Below are positions 37,717-50,977 of a stretch of 64,000 bases of DNA, piece after piece (the first letter of the stretch is position 1; each line of letters opens with the position of its first letter). A program made the translations under genes and the position numbers. The notes under the pieces were generated by a model. That model was not told where the DNA came from, made no database searches, and saw only the letters and a list, made by a program, of their open reading frames with translations. Source of the DNA: Azolla caroliniana (lineage: Eukaryota > Plantae > Polypodiophyta). The stretch spans positions 23,312,001 through 23,376,000 of the forward strand of contig JBHGNT010000001.1 of assembly GCA_043228905.1 (NCBI GenBank), in the 5' to 3' direction.

Positions 37717-37755
37717 AGGCGGGCCAATTTGAAATTTGAATCCTAAGCGATTTTA

Positions 37756-37793
<38 letters not shown>

Positions 37794-38125
37794 GGATGGT
37801 TTGAAGAATGAATGAATCAGGTAAATTCCTCTTCTCCATTCGATTTAGGGTTTCTCTGTCTCTTCCTCTTCTTCTCCCTGTAGAGATTAGGGTTTCCTTT
37901 GGAAAATTTTATATCTGCATGCGTCTCTTCACCTCTTCTGAATTTCTTTCTTTTTTGTTCTCGTTTACTGGATTTAGGGTTTTCCATTGATCTTCGTCCC
38001 CGTCTTTCACCAGCTTTCGAAATAATAAAACGACGAAGGCTTCGTTTCCTCTTCTCTCACCAAACCAGAGTTATTTAAGTTCTCTGTGTAAAGGAATATA
38101 ATGCTTCTGTTCAATTAGGGTTTTC
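37717..38125 (+). promoter_or_regulatory. FHA gene core promoter / 5' UTR: GGCGGG + tandem TTTGAA (CDE/CHR-like), CT-rich Y-patch, several telo-boxes
   Basis: GAGGCGGGCCAATTTGAAATTTGAAT at 37717-37741, (CT)n at 37755-37793, TAGGGTT at ~37846, 37888, 37976 and 38116, and a probable 5' UTR intron donor CAG/GTAAAT at 37821. Confidence 0.5.
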
Positions 38126-38331
38126 ACAGATCTGTTTGTGAAGAAGAGGGACAAAAACAAAAACAAGGATTTTCGCGTGATAATGTTCAGCCGAAGGTAT
38201 CTTGAAAAGTGTGTTGTTATAAGATGTGTGGCCAAATCAGGGTTTTGAAGAAGCCGTCAAACTAGGAGGGGAAGAAGAAGAAGAAGAAGAAGTACACCTT
38301 CGGCCTATCGAGCTAAACTGGATCTGCAGGC

Positions 38332-39429
38332 ATGGCTCACCCATCTCTCTACGTTGTTGTGGAAAAAGGCCCCAAACATGGCCATAACCTTAAATGCAAA
38401 CCTTCCGACGTTGTAACAGTGGGCCGAGATCGCTCGAATTCTCTTCAAATAACCAAAGATTCAGGAATTTCTCAGAAACATCTTTGCTTTCGATATTCTG
38501 ATAATGAAGATGGAAAGAAGAGCTCCGGATGGACCGTAGAAGATACAGGAAGCTCTAACGGAACCATTCTGAATGGATCAAATATAGAACCAGAGAAAGC
38601 TATGACGATCAACACAGGAGATATTATCAAGATTGGTGCGCAAACCACTATCAGAGTTGAGATCTTGCCAGGTATAATCCATCACAACAAGCAAGATTCC
38701 GATGCAGAATCATGCCGGTCTTTGTGTGAAGAAAAAGAAGAACATAAGAAACAGAAACATACCAATAAAGCTTCTGGTAATCAGAAAAGCACCTGCAAGA
38801 AGCCGCTTCTTCAGATGCAAGAATTAAAAGAAGAAGAAGAAGATCAGAGACAGAAACATGGAAATAAAGTTTCCAATAGTAAGAAGAAAGCGTGCAAGAT
38901 GTCTCTTCTTGAGAGGCACGAAGTAATAGTTGAAGAAGAAAAAGATCAGAGTCAGAAACATGACAAGAAAGCTTCTGATATTAAGAAGAGAACCTGCAGA
39001 AAGCCTCTTCTTGAATTACAGGAAGTAGAAGACGAAGAAAAGGGAAAAGGACAGAGACAAAAACAGAAACATGGCAAGAAAACTTCGGACAATAAGAAGA
39101 AAACCTGCAGGAAGCCTCTCCTTGATGTGCAAGTAGTAGACAAAGAGGAGGAGGAGGAGGAAGAAGAAGAAGAAGAAGATCAGAAACAGACACATAGCAA
39201 AAAGGCTTCTGGTAACAACAAGAAAACCTGCAAGAAGCCTCTTCTTGAGGTGCAAGAAGAAGGTGAGATGCATTATTCACAAGAGGACGACAGCACCATG
39301 ACGGTGCAGGCATGGTTTGAACATATGATGGAAGAGGGACCCAAATACCTCTACAAAGTTTCAGAATCCATCATTCAGGATATGAAGATAGAATCAGAGA
39401 AATTCGACGAGTATATACAATCTCTCTAG
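38332..39429 (+). CDS. FHA domain protein (At4g14490-like architecture), 365 aa, intronless CDS
   Basis: FHA motifs TVGR, GISQKH, EDTGSSNGT, GDIIKIG. The middle is charged and repetitive. The C-terminal MTVQAWFEHM..PKYL...SESIIQDMK resembles the MTL.EWF..E..LPK tail of this family. Confidence 0.9.
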   Translation: MAHPSLYVVVEKGPKHGHNLKCKPSDVVTVGRDRSNSLQITKDSGISQKHLCFRYSDNEDGKKSSGWTVEDTGSSNGTILNGSNIEPEKAMTINTGDIIKIGAQTTIRVEILPGIIHHNKQDSDAESCRSLCEEKEEHKKQKHTNKASGNQKSTCKKPLLQMQELKEEEEDQRQKHGNKVSNSKKKACKMSLLERHEVIVEEEKDQSQKHDKKASDIKKRTCRKPLLELQEVEDEEKGKGQRQKQKHGKKTSDNKKKTCRKPLLDVQVVDKEEEEEEEEEEEDQKQTHSKKASGNNKKTCKKPLLEVQEEGEMHYSQEDDSTMTVQAWFEHMMEEGPKYLYKVSESIIQDMKIESEKFDEYIQSL

Positions 39430-40599
39430 GCATATACATATGCTTTAGAGATATATATATATATACCTCTCTATCATCTTTCAGTTTTTGAAGGTGAGAT
39501 GTTCATCATCTGCATCTGTTATTTAGGTTTCGTTTATTTTCTTCTGTTTTACCCCTTCTGTTTCTGCTATGGATGAACTGCATATAAAGCTTGTTGTCTG
39601 TATATGATCTGATACTCTAGGCGGAATATTTTTTCAGAAAATAGAGAGGTCTCATCTTCTTCTGTTTCCTTGACATGATTTGAATAATTGACAGCGAGAT
39701 ATGCCAGGAGAAAGGAATTTTGTGAAGATATAGTACTTTTTTTTATATTACCAGAGGACAGCTCTGATTTCAGCCTTTTCTTTTCAGGTTACACCAGGTA
39801 GAAGATCTCAAGGTGTCATTTCTGCACAAAGCAAACACAAAGTTGGGTATGAAGTTGTTATGTATATGGGAATCCACATACTGATAAGTGGGATTATGAA
39901 GAAGACTGTTGTAATGGTGATTAGGTCATCTCTCATTGATTGAACAGTGCTAATAGAGAAAGCTATCAACATCTCATTGAATATGCATTTGATTACGTGT
40001 CTTATTCTTTTGCAACATCCAATTGATAAAATCATGTTTATTAGGGGCATCAGGCCAATGTCTATATTGAAGCCCCTGCATTTTGATGACCAAACTATCA
40101 AGAGTATAGTTAGGCAACATCTGATCTATAGAATCACGTTTACAGTCCACATTTGATCATTTGACAATGAAGAATGCCAGTAGGCATTGTGATGTAGTTA
40201 GAAGTATGTCAATAAACTGCATTTGATCCTGCCTGAGTGTTAAGAGTGTCATCGACAAAAATTGTCCCTTGATCACTGTTTCTATTCAATGTTGTTCATG
40301 TCAAATAATAGTGTTTTGAAGTATGCAAATTAACTTCTTCTTACATGCTTTTAATGAGGTATTTTAGAGATATGCATGCCCACATTTTGTATTTGTGACA
40401 ATGAGGTGTGATTATTTTGTGGGTTCATGTCTAAGAGTCTCTTTGATTAACGAGAGCTTCCATCATATTGTTTTTTTTTACTAAAAAAAAAACACTACTT
40501 CACATTAGGTTAGCAAACAAAGTACATCAAAGTCCAACCATATTCAACAAAACTCACACTTCTCCCCACAAAGCTAATTATAATCCCCACCCCCTCATT

Positions 40600-41090
40600 T
40601 ACAACAAAAGTATCCCATTGACATTAACTTACTTGTATTGCAGCTAAACATATTTATATCTCCTACCCACTAATGGAAGCCATTGGTGGAAACACCCCAT
40701 TTAGGCCTTGACAATGATTTGACCATCATAGGAGAACCACCCCATTTTAACAGGAACTTTGATTGAGCCCTTTTTGCTTCGTCCCAGTCCCCTTGAATCG
40801 AGTTGTATTGTTTGCATAGCCAAGGTACTAGCTCGAACCATATGTTTAGCAACACCTCATCGTTTGGGAGCTTTCGTTGTTGAAAAACAAATGCACATTG
40901 CCTGGTCCAAATGTGTTAGACCGATAAGCACGGCACCATCGTCCATATCTCCTCAAAAAATGCAAGGTTTGTGCTAGGTTGCACTCTAGCACATTGGAAC
41001 ATGTTGCCACCATGCACTATAAGTCCATGATCATATGGGTTTAATTGTTTTGCCCAACCTTCCATCATATTGTTAGCCATCACATATACT
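40600..41090 (-). mobile_element. Decayed L1-type LINE ORF2 fragment
   Basis: W-rich post-RT-like fragments (GDWDEAKRAQSKFLLKWGG..SLSRPKWG). Weak. Confidence 0.3.
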
Positions 41091-42471
41091 AAGTTCTCTT
41101 TTAAATTGTGAACTTTTGATTAATTGTGCGATCATGAATGGTATTATTACATATTTTGAATTTCTTTTCAATAATTGTTTGAGATCATGACTCAACTAGT
41201 CTATCTTTAATGTGATGATTCAAAGGTAATATAAACCCTAAACTCGTCAATACTACGCCAACGTTAAGTTCTAAACCCTAACTTATTGTAAAAGTAAATG
41301 ACATTGGGTAACACTACTGCAACAAGAACGATGTTATAATTGCAATGACACAAGTTAGTACACCACAAACTTATTAATTGACGTTGGACAGAATTACTTA
41401 AGAGTCTTGCACACAATGGTTATTTCAATAAGGTAGGAATTAATTTGGAAGGGTGTGGAGGAAAGGCTACCTAAAGAACGTTTAAAATGGTGTTGAGGAA
41501 AGGGTTATGTGAAAGGAAGTATACAAGAGGATTGGAATAGTAAATTAGTTCAAAGGTACTAGGCCCTTCCTTGAATGAATATGGGAAATGGTGTTGATGA
41601 AAGGGGTTATTTGGAGAGAAAATGATGTGAAAGGAAGGATGTAGAGGATTGGGACAAAAAGTCATTTCAAAGGTTTAAGGCACTTGCTTAAATGAGTAAA
41701 GGAATCATGAGGTGTACTAGGGAATCAAGAGTTGTAAGAAGGGACAACCACACAAGGGGTGTGTGATGGAAATGGACCTAAGAGAGTGTCGAAGGTCAAA
41801 GGGTTTTATGGCGATTTTCTTGATTATGAGAAAGTGTACTATAGAAGCTTTTGCAAATGGAAACTCGTTTCTGAAACCATGTGCTTTTGTAATATTGTGT
41901 CAATTCTCCAACAAATGTGTCACTTCCTATCGTATATTAGAGAGCTTCGGGGTCATGTGACAACCATATGGGTATTATACTCGTGTGTACAAAGATCGTC
42001 ATCACATGAAAGCAAAGGGTAGTTGTATGAAGCACGATTCATGCTCACAACTTTCTAGTTAACCAAAGCATACACTTTTACTAAGTGAGATACTAATATT
42101 TATTAGATATATTCTTCATATACGTGTGACATTTGGCATGACCACATCCTTTGAAGAGCCTCGATCTTTATTTGTTGGTTTAGAAATCAAGTGCCATGTG
42201 TAGAGGCACCTCATTCTTGTTGAACCTTTTTGGATCAACACTAGTTTGAGTTTTTCTCATTCTATCATAAACTTCATGGCATTGCACACATTATATCTCC
42301 ATTAAAGTTTTTGGTCTCTTTTAGAGTATTGTGATATTCTTAGATAACTTTCTACCATGTTGTTATCGTCGTACTATTGCGATCTCGATGGCACAACGCA
42401 CATTGTGTCTTTAGTATAATTTCGTAACTCTTTTCAAAGTGTTTCTTGTAATCATTGTCTTCATAGCCTTT

Positions 42472-45400
42472 TGTTGAGAATCGAACTCAACTTCCCATAG
42501 GAATAGGTTCACACTAGCCCATGGGCATACCAAGCTAGTTTTGTAAATAGTAGAAAGGGCTCTTGCCCTAACCTTAGTTGGTATATAAACCAACTCATTG
42601 TAACTTAGTCACGGTTGGAAGTCTTATGTAATATACAGTTGATTATCTCTGTCTTTAGCTCTCACTCACTCACTCACTCTCTCTCTCTCTCTGTTGCTAC
42701 ACACACACACAAAGTCTCTCATCTTCCGCTGCATTGCAATCACCACAGACTCCATTTCTTAACATGGTATCAGAGCGAGTGGTTGCTTGATCAAGCATTT
42801 TCAACTGTGTTGTGCTGCACGCTGATGATCAATAGAACCGGCCCATTGACAGAGATAGAGAAGAAATCACCATGAATAATCAAATGGGAAGCGCTCTTCC
42901 TACCGAGAAGCTCGACAGAACGAACTTTGCATCTTGGGAATACAAGATGCATCAATATCTTGTTGGACAAGGCTACTAGAGCTACATCGAAGGAGCTCAC
43001 GAATCACACCCCAACCCAACACACGCCGACTATCCCGCTTGGGAGTAGGCCGCAAGCCGTGTGTTGTATTACCTTGCATTATGCATACATGATCACATGC
43101 TTGGCTACATTCGAGAGGCAAAAACGCTGAAGCAGGCGTGGGAAAATCTCAAAAAGATTTTCGTAGCCAACACGGTCGCACGCAAGCTCCAGCTCTGTGA
43201 GGAGATGAATAACATCCAACAGAGGGACATGTCAATCTCAAGCTATACCTTGAAGATCAAGGAGCTATGTGACGCCCTCAGATCAATCAACGTCGTCATT
43301 GACGATGACGAACTGGTGTAGATATGCCTCGGAGTCTTAGCACCGCGTTTCGGCACGATTAGATCGGCTAGTCTCGCTAGGGAGAACCCCCCCTCCTTCT
43401 TTGACCTTCAGTCGATATTGCTGGTCGAAGAGAACCACGCCCGGCAGAGGAGCAACGCACCAGATGGTCATATGCTCTACTCCCAGTCGGATGATAGAAG
43501 GAATTTCGGTCGAGGTCATAGAGGTCGCTTCAGACAAGGTCGTAATGATCGGCAAAATCAAGAGCGTAACTCTCACCAATGGCAAACAGATAGAAATGGT
43601 CCCAGAGATTTCGGCGGAAGGGGGAGTCATAACGCTGGACTGAGCAATCGCCGAAACCCAGTCGAGTGCGGGTATTGCCGAAAACCCAGCCACTATGAAG
43701 AGGATTGCCGAAAGAAGAAACGTGAGGCAGGCCGACAATTGACAAATTACGCCACGAACTCCGACTACAACGACCGTGGCGGAATGTTCATAATGTAGCA
43801 CGAAGCACACTCGATGTGTGCATTTGCGACAACCAACTCCTCCACTCCTAATAGTGTATGGTTTGTCGATTTGGGAGCTTCCAATCACATGACTTCCCAT
43901 GAAGATTGGTTTCGGGAATTACGGAAGCCTGAACGTCCTAGATATGTCGAAACAGGCGATGATACGACTCATCCAATACAACATATCGGGAATGTCCCAT
44001 TCGGAAACGACGGCGAACAAACCTACCTCAAGAACGTATTGCATGTTCCCACCATCACGATAAATCTGGTCTTGGTTGGCCAGATTGTAGAACAAGGAAT
44101 GCAGATACGCTTCAACAACGATGGGTGCTTCATTGAAAAAGGCGATCAAATCGTAGCTCACGGCAGACGAGAAGGTCATATGTTCATCCTCGAGTCGAGC
44201 GAAGTAAAGTCGGCTATGTACGCAAAGTGCCAGAAAGTCGAAACCGACTTAAAATTGTGGCACAAGAGAATCGGCCACATTAATCTCCAAAAGCTTCAGA
44301 ACATGCAGACGAAAGGAGTTGTAATCGGACTTCCGAACTTTATGGCAAAGGAGATCACGGGTGTGTGCAAAGCATGCCAATTCGGAAAGCAACGCCGTCA
44401 TCCATACCCAAAAGAGCGGAATGTAAGCAAAGGGATCCTGGATGTCATACATTCAGATGTGTGGGGACCAACCCAAACAACTACTTTCAACGGATGTCGT
44501 TACTATGTCATGTTCATCGACGACTTCTCCAGGAATACCTGGATTTATCCGATGAAGCAAAAGAGTGAAGTGTTCGGCCACTTCCAGAAGTTCAAAGCTG
44601 AAGTGGAAAAAGGCACAGGCCGGCATGTACGTTGCCTTCAATCAGATGGAGGCAAAGAATATTTTTCGGATGAGTTCTCGGCGTATCTCCGCAAGGAAGG
44701 AGTTTGACGAGAGTTCTCGTGCCAACATATGCCTCAGCAAAACAGTGTAGCAGAGCGGAAAAACCGCCACATAGTAGAAGTCGCACGAGCCATGATGAAT
44801 GAGAAGAACCTGCCGAAATCGTACTGGGCAGAAGCGGCAAATACGGCCGTATACCTCATGAACAGGTGCACAACCTCAGGAGTACAGGACATAACTCCGC
44901 ATGAGAAGTTTTTCGGTAAGAAGCCGAACTTATCGCATGTCCACATTTTCGGCTCAATCGCCTATGTACACGTTCCCGACGATACGCGGCAAAAGTTTGA
45001 CCCAAAGTCGGAGAAATGTATCCTCGTAGGATACTCACTCGAACAAAAGGGGTACAAATGCTACAATCCATCTATCCGTAAGGTTCGAACAAGTCGAGAC
45101 GTAGTCTTCGACGAATACGCATCCTGGCACGCACCAGAGAATACTTTGACTTCGCTCGACGCGGATGACACCGAAATAAGAATAGAAGCCGAGGATCGGC
45201 TCACGCAGATGTTCGAAGACAACCCAACTACGACACGGTTGAGTGGATCGCAAGAGCCCCCAAGTGATAAAAGCACATCTCGGGCAAAGTCCACTGTTAG
45301 ACAAAGGCAAGGCGAAAATGTAGGAGTATGTAGATCATTTCGATCTCGATAGTGAGTTCGAAGGCTTTGACATCCACACGGACGGCGTGAAGAAACCCTA

Positions 45401-47339
45401 GAATCCGCAAATGACAAGCCACACCGATCCACGCGCGAGAAGAACCCCGTAAACCGCTACGGCTACGACGAGTACATGACGTATCATTACGCATTCATGA
45501 TGAAAGTAGCGTTAGTACGGGAACCGGAAACGCTTTACGAAGCCTCAAAGGATCCGCGATGGGTCAACGCAATGAATGAGGAGATGGAAGCGTTATGCAA
45601 AAACGAGACATGGGATCTCGTTCCTCACCCCCCGAGCAAGAAACCAATTGGTTGCAGGTGGACTTACAAGGTGAAACACAATGCTGATGGTTCCGTAAAT
45701 CGCTTCAAAGCACGACTCGTTGCAAAAGGCTACGCACAAACACACAACGTAGACTATGAAGAAACCTTTGCCCCGGTGGCAAAGATGACGACAGTATGGA
45801 CCATTATCGCGCTAGCAGCAGCAAAAGGGTGGCACCTCCATCAGATGGACGTGAAAAACGCTTTCCTACAAGGAGAGCTAGAAGAAGAGGTGTATATGAC
45901 ACAACCACCTGGATTCGAATCGCGTAATCATCCACATGTCGTATGCCGACTCAAGAAGCCACTCTACGGCCTCAAACAAGCACTGCGTGCTTGGCACTCG
46001 AAGATCACGCAATATCTTCATTAAGTCGGATTTCAGATGTCAAAATCCGATACTTCCCTGTACATCCGAAACGAGTCGGATAGCTTGATAATCATCATCT
46101 TGTAAGTGGATGATTTGGTCATCGGAGGAAAGGATCTCGCAATTAACAAAGTTAAATCACTTCTTTCCGGCAGATTCGAAATGAAAGACATGCATGAACT
46201 TCATTACTTCCTAGGTATTGAAGTAATTCGGACACCAGTCGGGATAATGATCTCACAACGACACTACGTCCTCAACCTACTGTTCAAATTCGGAATGACA
46301 GAGTGCAAACTTGTGACTACCCCTCTTGATCGCAATATCAAGATTGATGCTAGTTCCGGCACGGTCGAGATTGAACCAACTCAGTATCGCCAACTGATCG
46401 GTAGCTTGATCTATCTCACCATTACGCGACCCGACCTAAGTTATTCGGTCGGCCTACTTAGCCAATTCATGCAGAATCCACATAACCTTCATCTCGATTG
46501 TGCTAAGAGGATACTATGGTATGTCAGTACGACAATGGATCACGACATCGTATATAAGTCGAATACGATTGTTCGACTCGGAGGGTACACAGACGCGGAC
46601 TGGCCAGGATACAAAGCAGATAGACGATCCACATCTGGATTCATCTTCTCCCTCGACAGCGGAGCGATCTCATGGAGCAACAAGAAACAACTAATAGTGG
46701 CATTGTCGAGCACAGAAGCCGAATACAAGGGTGCGGCAATCGCTGCATGTGAAGTCGTATGGCTTAAGCGCGTACTGAAGGATCTGGGCGTTCCCATCAA
46801 AGATCCAATACGCATGTACTGCAAAAACATGAGCAGTATCTACTTGGCGCGCAATCCCGTATTTCATGCGCGGACTAAACACATCGAAGTGCACTACCAC
46901 TTTATCTGCGAGCGCGTCCAAGCCGGATAAATTGACCTCCAACACATCAGCACACACCTACAAGTCGTTGATATCTTTACGAAGGCCTTAGGCATCAACA
47001 AGCTCGGGCAATTTGCATCGGATCTTGGTCTCATGTCGTCCACATTGCCGAGCTTGAGGGGGAGTACGTAGAGTACGCATAATACACATTGATACGCAGA
47101 TATGTACACCGAACTTCAAACCAAACATATGAAAATTGTGTTTGAAGGGGTGTGTTGAGAATCAAACTCAACTTCCCATAGGAATAGGTTCACACTAACC
47201 CATGGACATACCAGGCTAGTTTTGTAAATAGTAGAAAGGGCTCTTGCCCTAGCCTTAGTTGGTATATAAACCAACTCATTGTAACTTAGTCACGGTTGGA
47301 AGTCTTATGTAATATACAATTGATTATCTCTGTCTTGAG

Positions 47340-47399
<60 letters not shown>

Positions 47400-47400
47400 G

Positions 47401-47445
<45 letters not shown>

Positions 47446-47498
47446 AAGTCTCTCATCTTCTGCTGCATTGCAATCACCACAGACTCCATTTCTTAACA
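42472..47498 (+). mobile_element. Complete Ty1/copia LTR retrotransposon (copia-2), non-functional
   Basis: LTRs 42472-42764 (293 bp) and 47153-47498 (346 bp), TG..CA. TSD CCTTT/TCTTT (1 mismatch). PBS TGGTATCAGAGC at 42765-42776. PPT GAAGGGGTG. Confidence 0.96.
42872..47071 (+). pseudogene. copia-2 gag-pol (many stops)
   Basis: EKLDRTNFASWEYKM, CGYCRKPSHYEEDC, WFVDLGASNHM, HSDVWG, QSDGGKEY, HQMDVKNAFL, L*VDDL, GYTDADW, KHIEVHYHF. Clearly homologous to copia-1. Confidence 0.95.
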
Positions 47499-48059
47499 TC
47501 TTTGAACAAGGTTTGCACCAAATGGTTGTAAGTAGTGAGTTTAGGGGAATCTCTAAGGTAAGGTCGTGAGTGAGTGGAGAAGCCTAAACCTTGAATGAGC
47601 CAACAAGAAGATGTGTGGTAAAAACCCTAAACCCCACCAACGCGAGGTCTGAACCGAAGTAAACCCTTACATCTCATGCATCGACACTCACACTCACTCA
47701 AAATGAATCTTTACCTAACATAGCTACACAATGTTTGTACATCATATATATGATATGAACTAAAAACCCACCACGATCCTAAACCTCCCCAACCAAGAAG
47801 ACCAAGCAAGAGGTCATGCCATGCTATCTATCTATATATATTTTCTACTACATGCTTGCTCATTTCTCACATATGCCATGCAAGCAAGAGAACACCGAGA
47901 AGAGGATTAATGTTACTAAAAACAAGAGATTGGCTATGAGAGAGAGAGAGAGAGGAGCTCTAAAAGGTTTTGAGAGACGACGACGTATAACATGGTGATG
48001 GAACCAACCATACGCTTCTCTACTAGTACTTAGTAAGTAGTATGTAACTAGCCTCCTCT

Positions 48060-48333
48060 TCCTTACGAAACAGAAGCAGCAGCAGCAGCAGCAGCAGCAG
48101 AGACGAAGACGAAGACGAAGAAGACGACGGTAGCATCGGAAGAAGAACCGAACAAAACCCCCCCCCACACGAAACCAAACTCGCTTCTCTCACAGGTTTT
48201 GCTCTTGTGACTTAATATGAAGATTCTCCTGCATGCCTTGCTTGTCTATAAAAGATTGTGTTCTTCCGCCTATTTATTCTCTCTTCATAGCATGCATATA
48301 TATATACATATATACATATATACATACATACAG

Positions 48334-48389
<56 letters not shown>

Positions 48390-50971
48390 TATTGCTTACA
48401 CACGTGCATTCATACATACATATATACACATTTCCATTTATTTGATATATTGATTGATATAAAACAAGCACAAATTTATGGAAAGACTTGCAGTTAACAA
48501 TTCGCACTAATTACAAGGAGAGAAAAGCGGGCAATCAGGATTTTTCAAACATTTCTATTTCCCTTCATAATTCAAAATTGTGACTGTTTCCACAAATGTC
48601 ACTGTTTGCACAAAATGATCAGATGGGTTTCCTAAATAAATATCGAATGTATTCAGATGGTCCTCAGAACAAGGGTAATCCTACACATGGATATGATTAT
48701 GTGTGTATAAGAGAGATATGATGATGATGATGACCTATTATTGTCCTTGAGTGGCCAGTAGATGAGTTACAAGATTCTCTTACAGAGGGAGATGGAGACA
48801 GGAGAAGAAGAAAAAGGAAGAAGAAGAAAAGAAGAGACTTAGTAATTTGAGAATCACATTTTTGGCTTAATTGCATTGGTATGCTTCAAACCATGTCATT
48901 AATTGCATTTTTGTTTCAGTTCCTTGGTGCATCCTTTGTTGTGGGACTTTAATAAATACATTACTGCCTATTGGTAGACCCGCTCTTTATGATCGCCCAA
49001 ATTCACGGTGAAATAGCAAGCCAAAACAGTGTTCATAGCCATGCCAATGTCACACATACAAAAGAATAGATATGCTAACGTTATACGAAAGTTTTATCTA
49101 ACATAATCATTCATATTACATTATCAATCCATTTGGGTGCCCTATTATTTACAATGGCCCAAATGCACTATGATATAGCAAGCCAAAACAAAATTGACAG
49201 CCATGCCAATGACTTACAAAAGGACTGATACATGCAAATGTCAGTAAGAAATTTCATGTAACATATTCTTCATATCATTGTGGGTTTTGTTTTGATCCAT
49301 GATCCCCTTAGTGTAGACATGCCCTTGATTAAAACAGACTTCAGAGACATGTAATGCAAAAGAACGATGGGAAAATACCATACTGAAGCATATCCAATAG
49401 CATCTTGCATATTAATTTAGTAATTAAATCAATGCAATGAACCTTTTGGAAGACCCTTTACGTTGCCTTAATGCACTATGATAGCACTCCAAAACAGAGG
49501 TAATAGCTATGCCAAGTACAGATCCAAGGACTAATATGCAATCTCATACAATCCAACATAATCTTTCATATTAATCAATTTGCAAGTCCTTATTGTGTGA
49601 TTTGAATCAATCCATCAATCCCTTTTGATAGACCTACCCTTTATAATGTCCCTATTGCACAGACATAAGACTCCAAAAGCAGAGTTCATAGACGTGTCAT
49701 GTGAAAATGCCATACAAAAGTTTATCTAATATAATGTTGCATATTACTGGTTCGATAATTCCCTGTAAGTTTATGGAAGAAAATCATTAAAATAATTGTG
49801 GCAAGCAAATAGTGCCAACTTAGCTTAGGAAACTGGACTTTGGCACCTCACTATGGACATGATTACTAAGCCAAAACCTTGTTCAAACATGGTGCTAAGG
49901 ATTTTGAGGATTGATATTGAAACCAAATAGTGGTTCAATGAGAGATCAAAGGAGTTTGGTTGATAAAGTTGACGTCTAAACATGGTTGGGAATAAAGATA
50001 TTTATAATGTATGAATAATATATTTAACAAACACGAGGCATAATAGGCACTTCCATTTATGATTTTGTCATACATAAGTGTTTGATTCCAAGAACCTGAG
50101 TAGGTTTGTAAATCTACAACTATTCTTTCAAGACTGGTCTTTTTATATTGAAGGCACTTTTCATATTGTATAACAGTGAATACATTATGTTGTAAGCAAC
50201 GCGAATCAGGGTAGCCACTGACATTTATGATTTTATCATATATGTTTGATTCCAAAAGCCAGAGAATGTTTGCAAATCCACAACTATTCTTTCATATCAC
50301 CAATTCTCTTTGTACTGAAATCAATTTCGATATTGTTGATTGTGGATTATCACCAACAATATTGATCAAACGATGCCATGCTAAACAGTTCAATGTAAGT
50401 TGAATTTATGTAACTTATATGGCATAATTTTCTTACAGACTCTCCTCAAAAAGTTTTTATGTTATTTATATTAAATTATGTATCAATCCCAACAGTGGCT
50501 ATAATATGCCCTTTGTTTGTAAAGAGAAATGCCATAATTGGAGGAGATAAAAGGTTCACTTTTTTGCCTAGATAAAGAACAGAATATCTTGTTTAAGCTT
50601 GAGATTGGTCATGCTTCTTCTGCTCGACATCTATATGAATATGTATGTACATTTTGGCACCAGGCACATATTGATATATCATTGGTACTGGTGGTGTATA
50701 CTAACTTTGTCTCATTAATCTCTTGTTGGATTTGGACTTCATTAATTGTATGTGTTTATGTACATGCAACCTGCCATCAAGATAAATTTCTATATCCTTA
50801 AAGCTAAATGAAAACTTATTTCATATAAATATGGAATTACTCTTTCCAATTGTTAGAACAGATTAGATTCTATGCCTGTGATACCTCTGGTGGTATCTTA
50901 CGTTTTCATTTATGTACAAACATGCCTAATATGTTTCTAATCATGACGAATCATCCTTTCTGTATATTTAG
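48060..50971 (+). promoter_or_regulatory. Probable KH-gene 5' UTR exon with (CAG)n/(GAAGAC)n and a ~2.8-kb leader intron
   Basis: Donor CAG/GT at 48196 and acceptor TTTAG at 50971, six nt before the ATG. Inferred; no transcript evidence. Confidence 0.45.
48960..49750. repeat. Degenerate ~160-bp tandem repeat, ~5 units
   Basis: An ATAGCAAGCCAAAACA..AGCCATGCCAA-like motif recurs at ~49013, 49176, (49325), 49481 and 49665. Confidence 0.6.
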
Positions 50972-50977
50972 TGAACA

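Noticed and set aside
47286-48507. HTHTHT / CVCVCV / RERERE ORFs
   Set aside because: Microsatellite translations.
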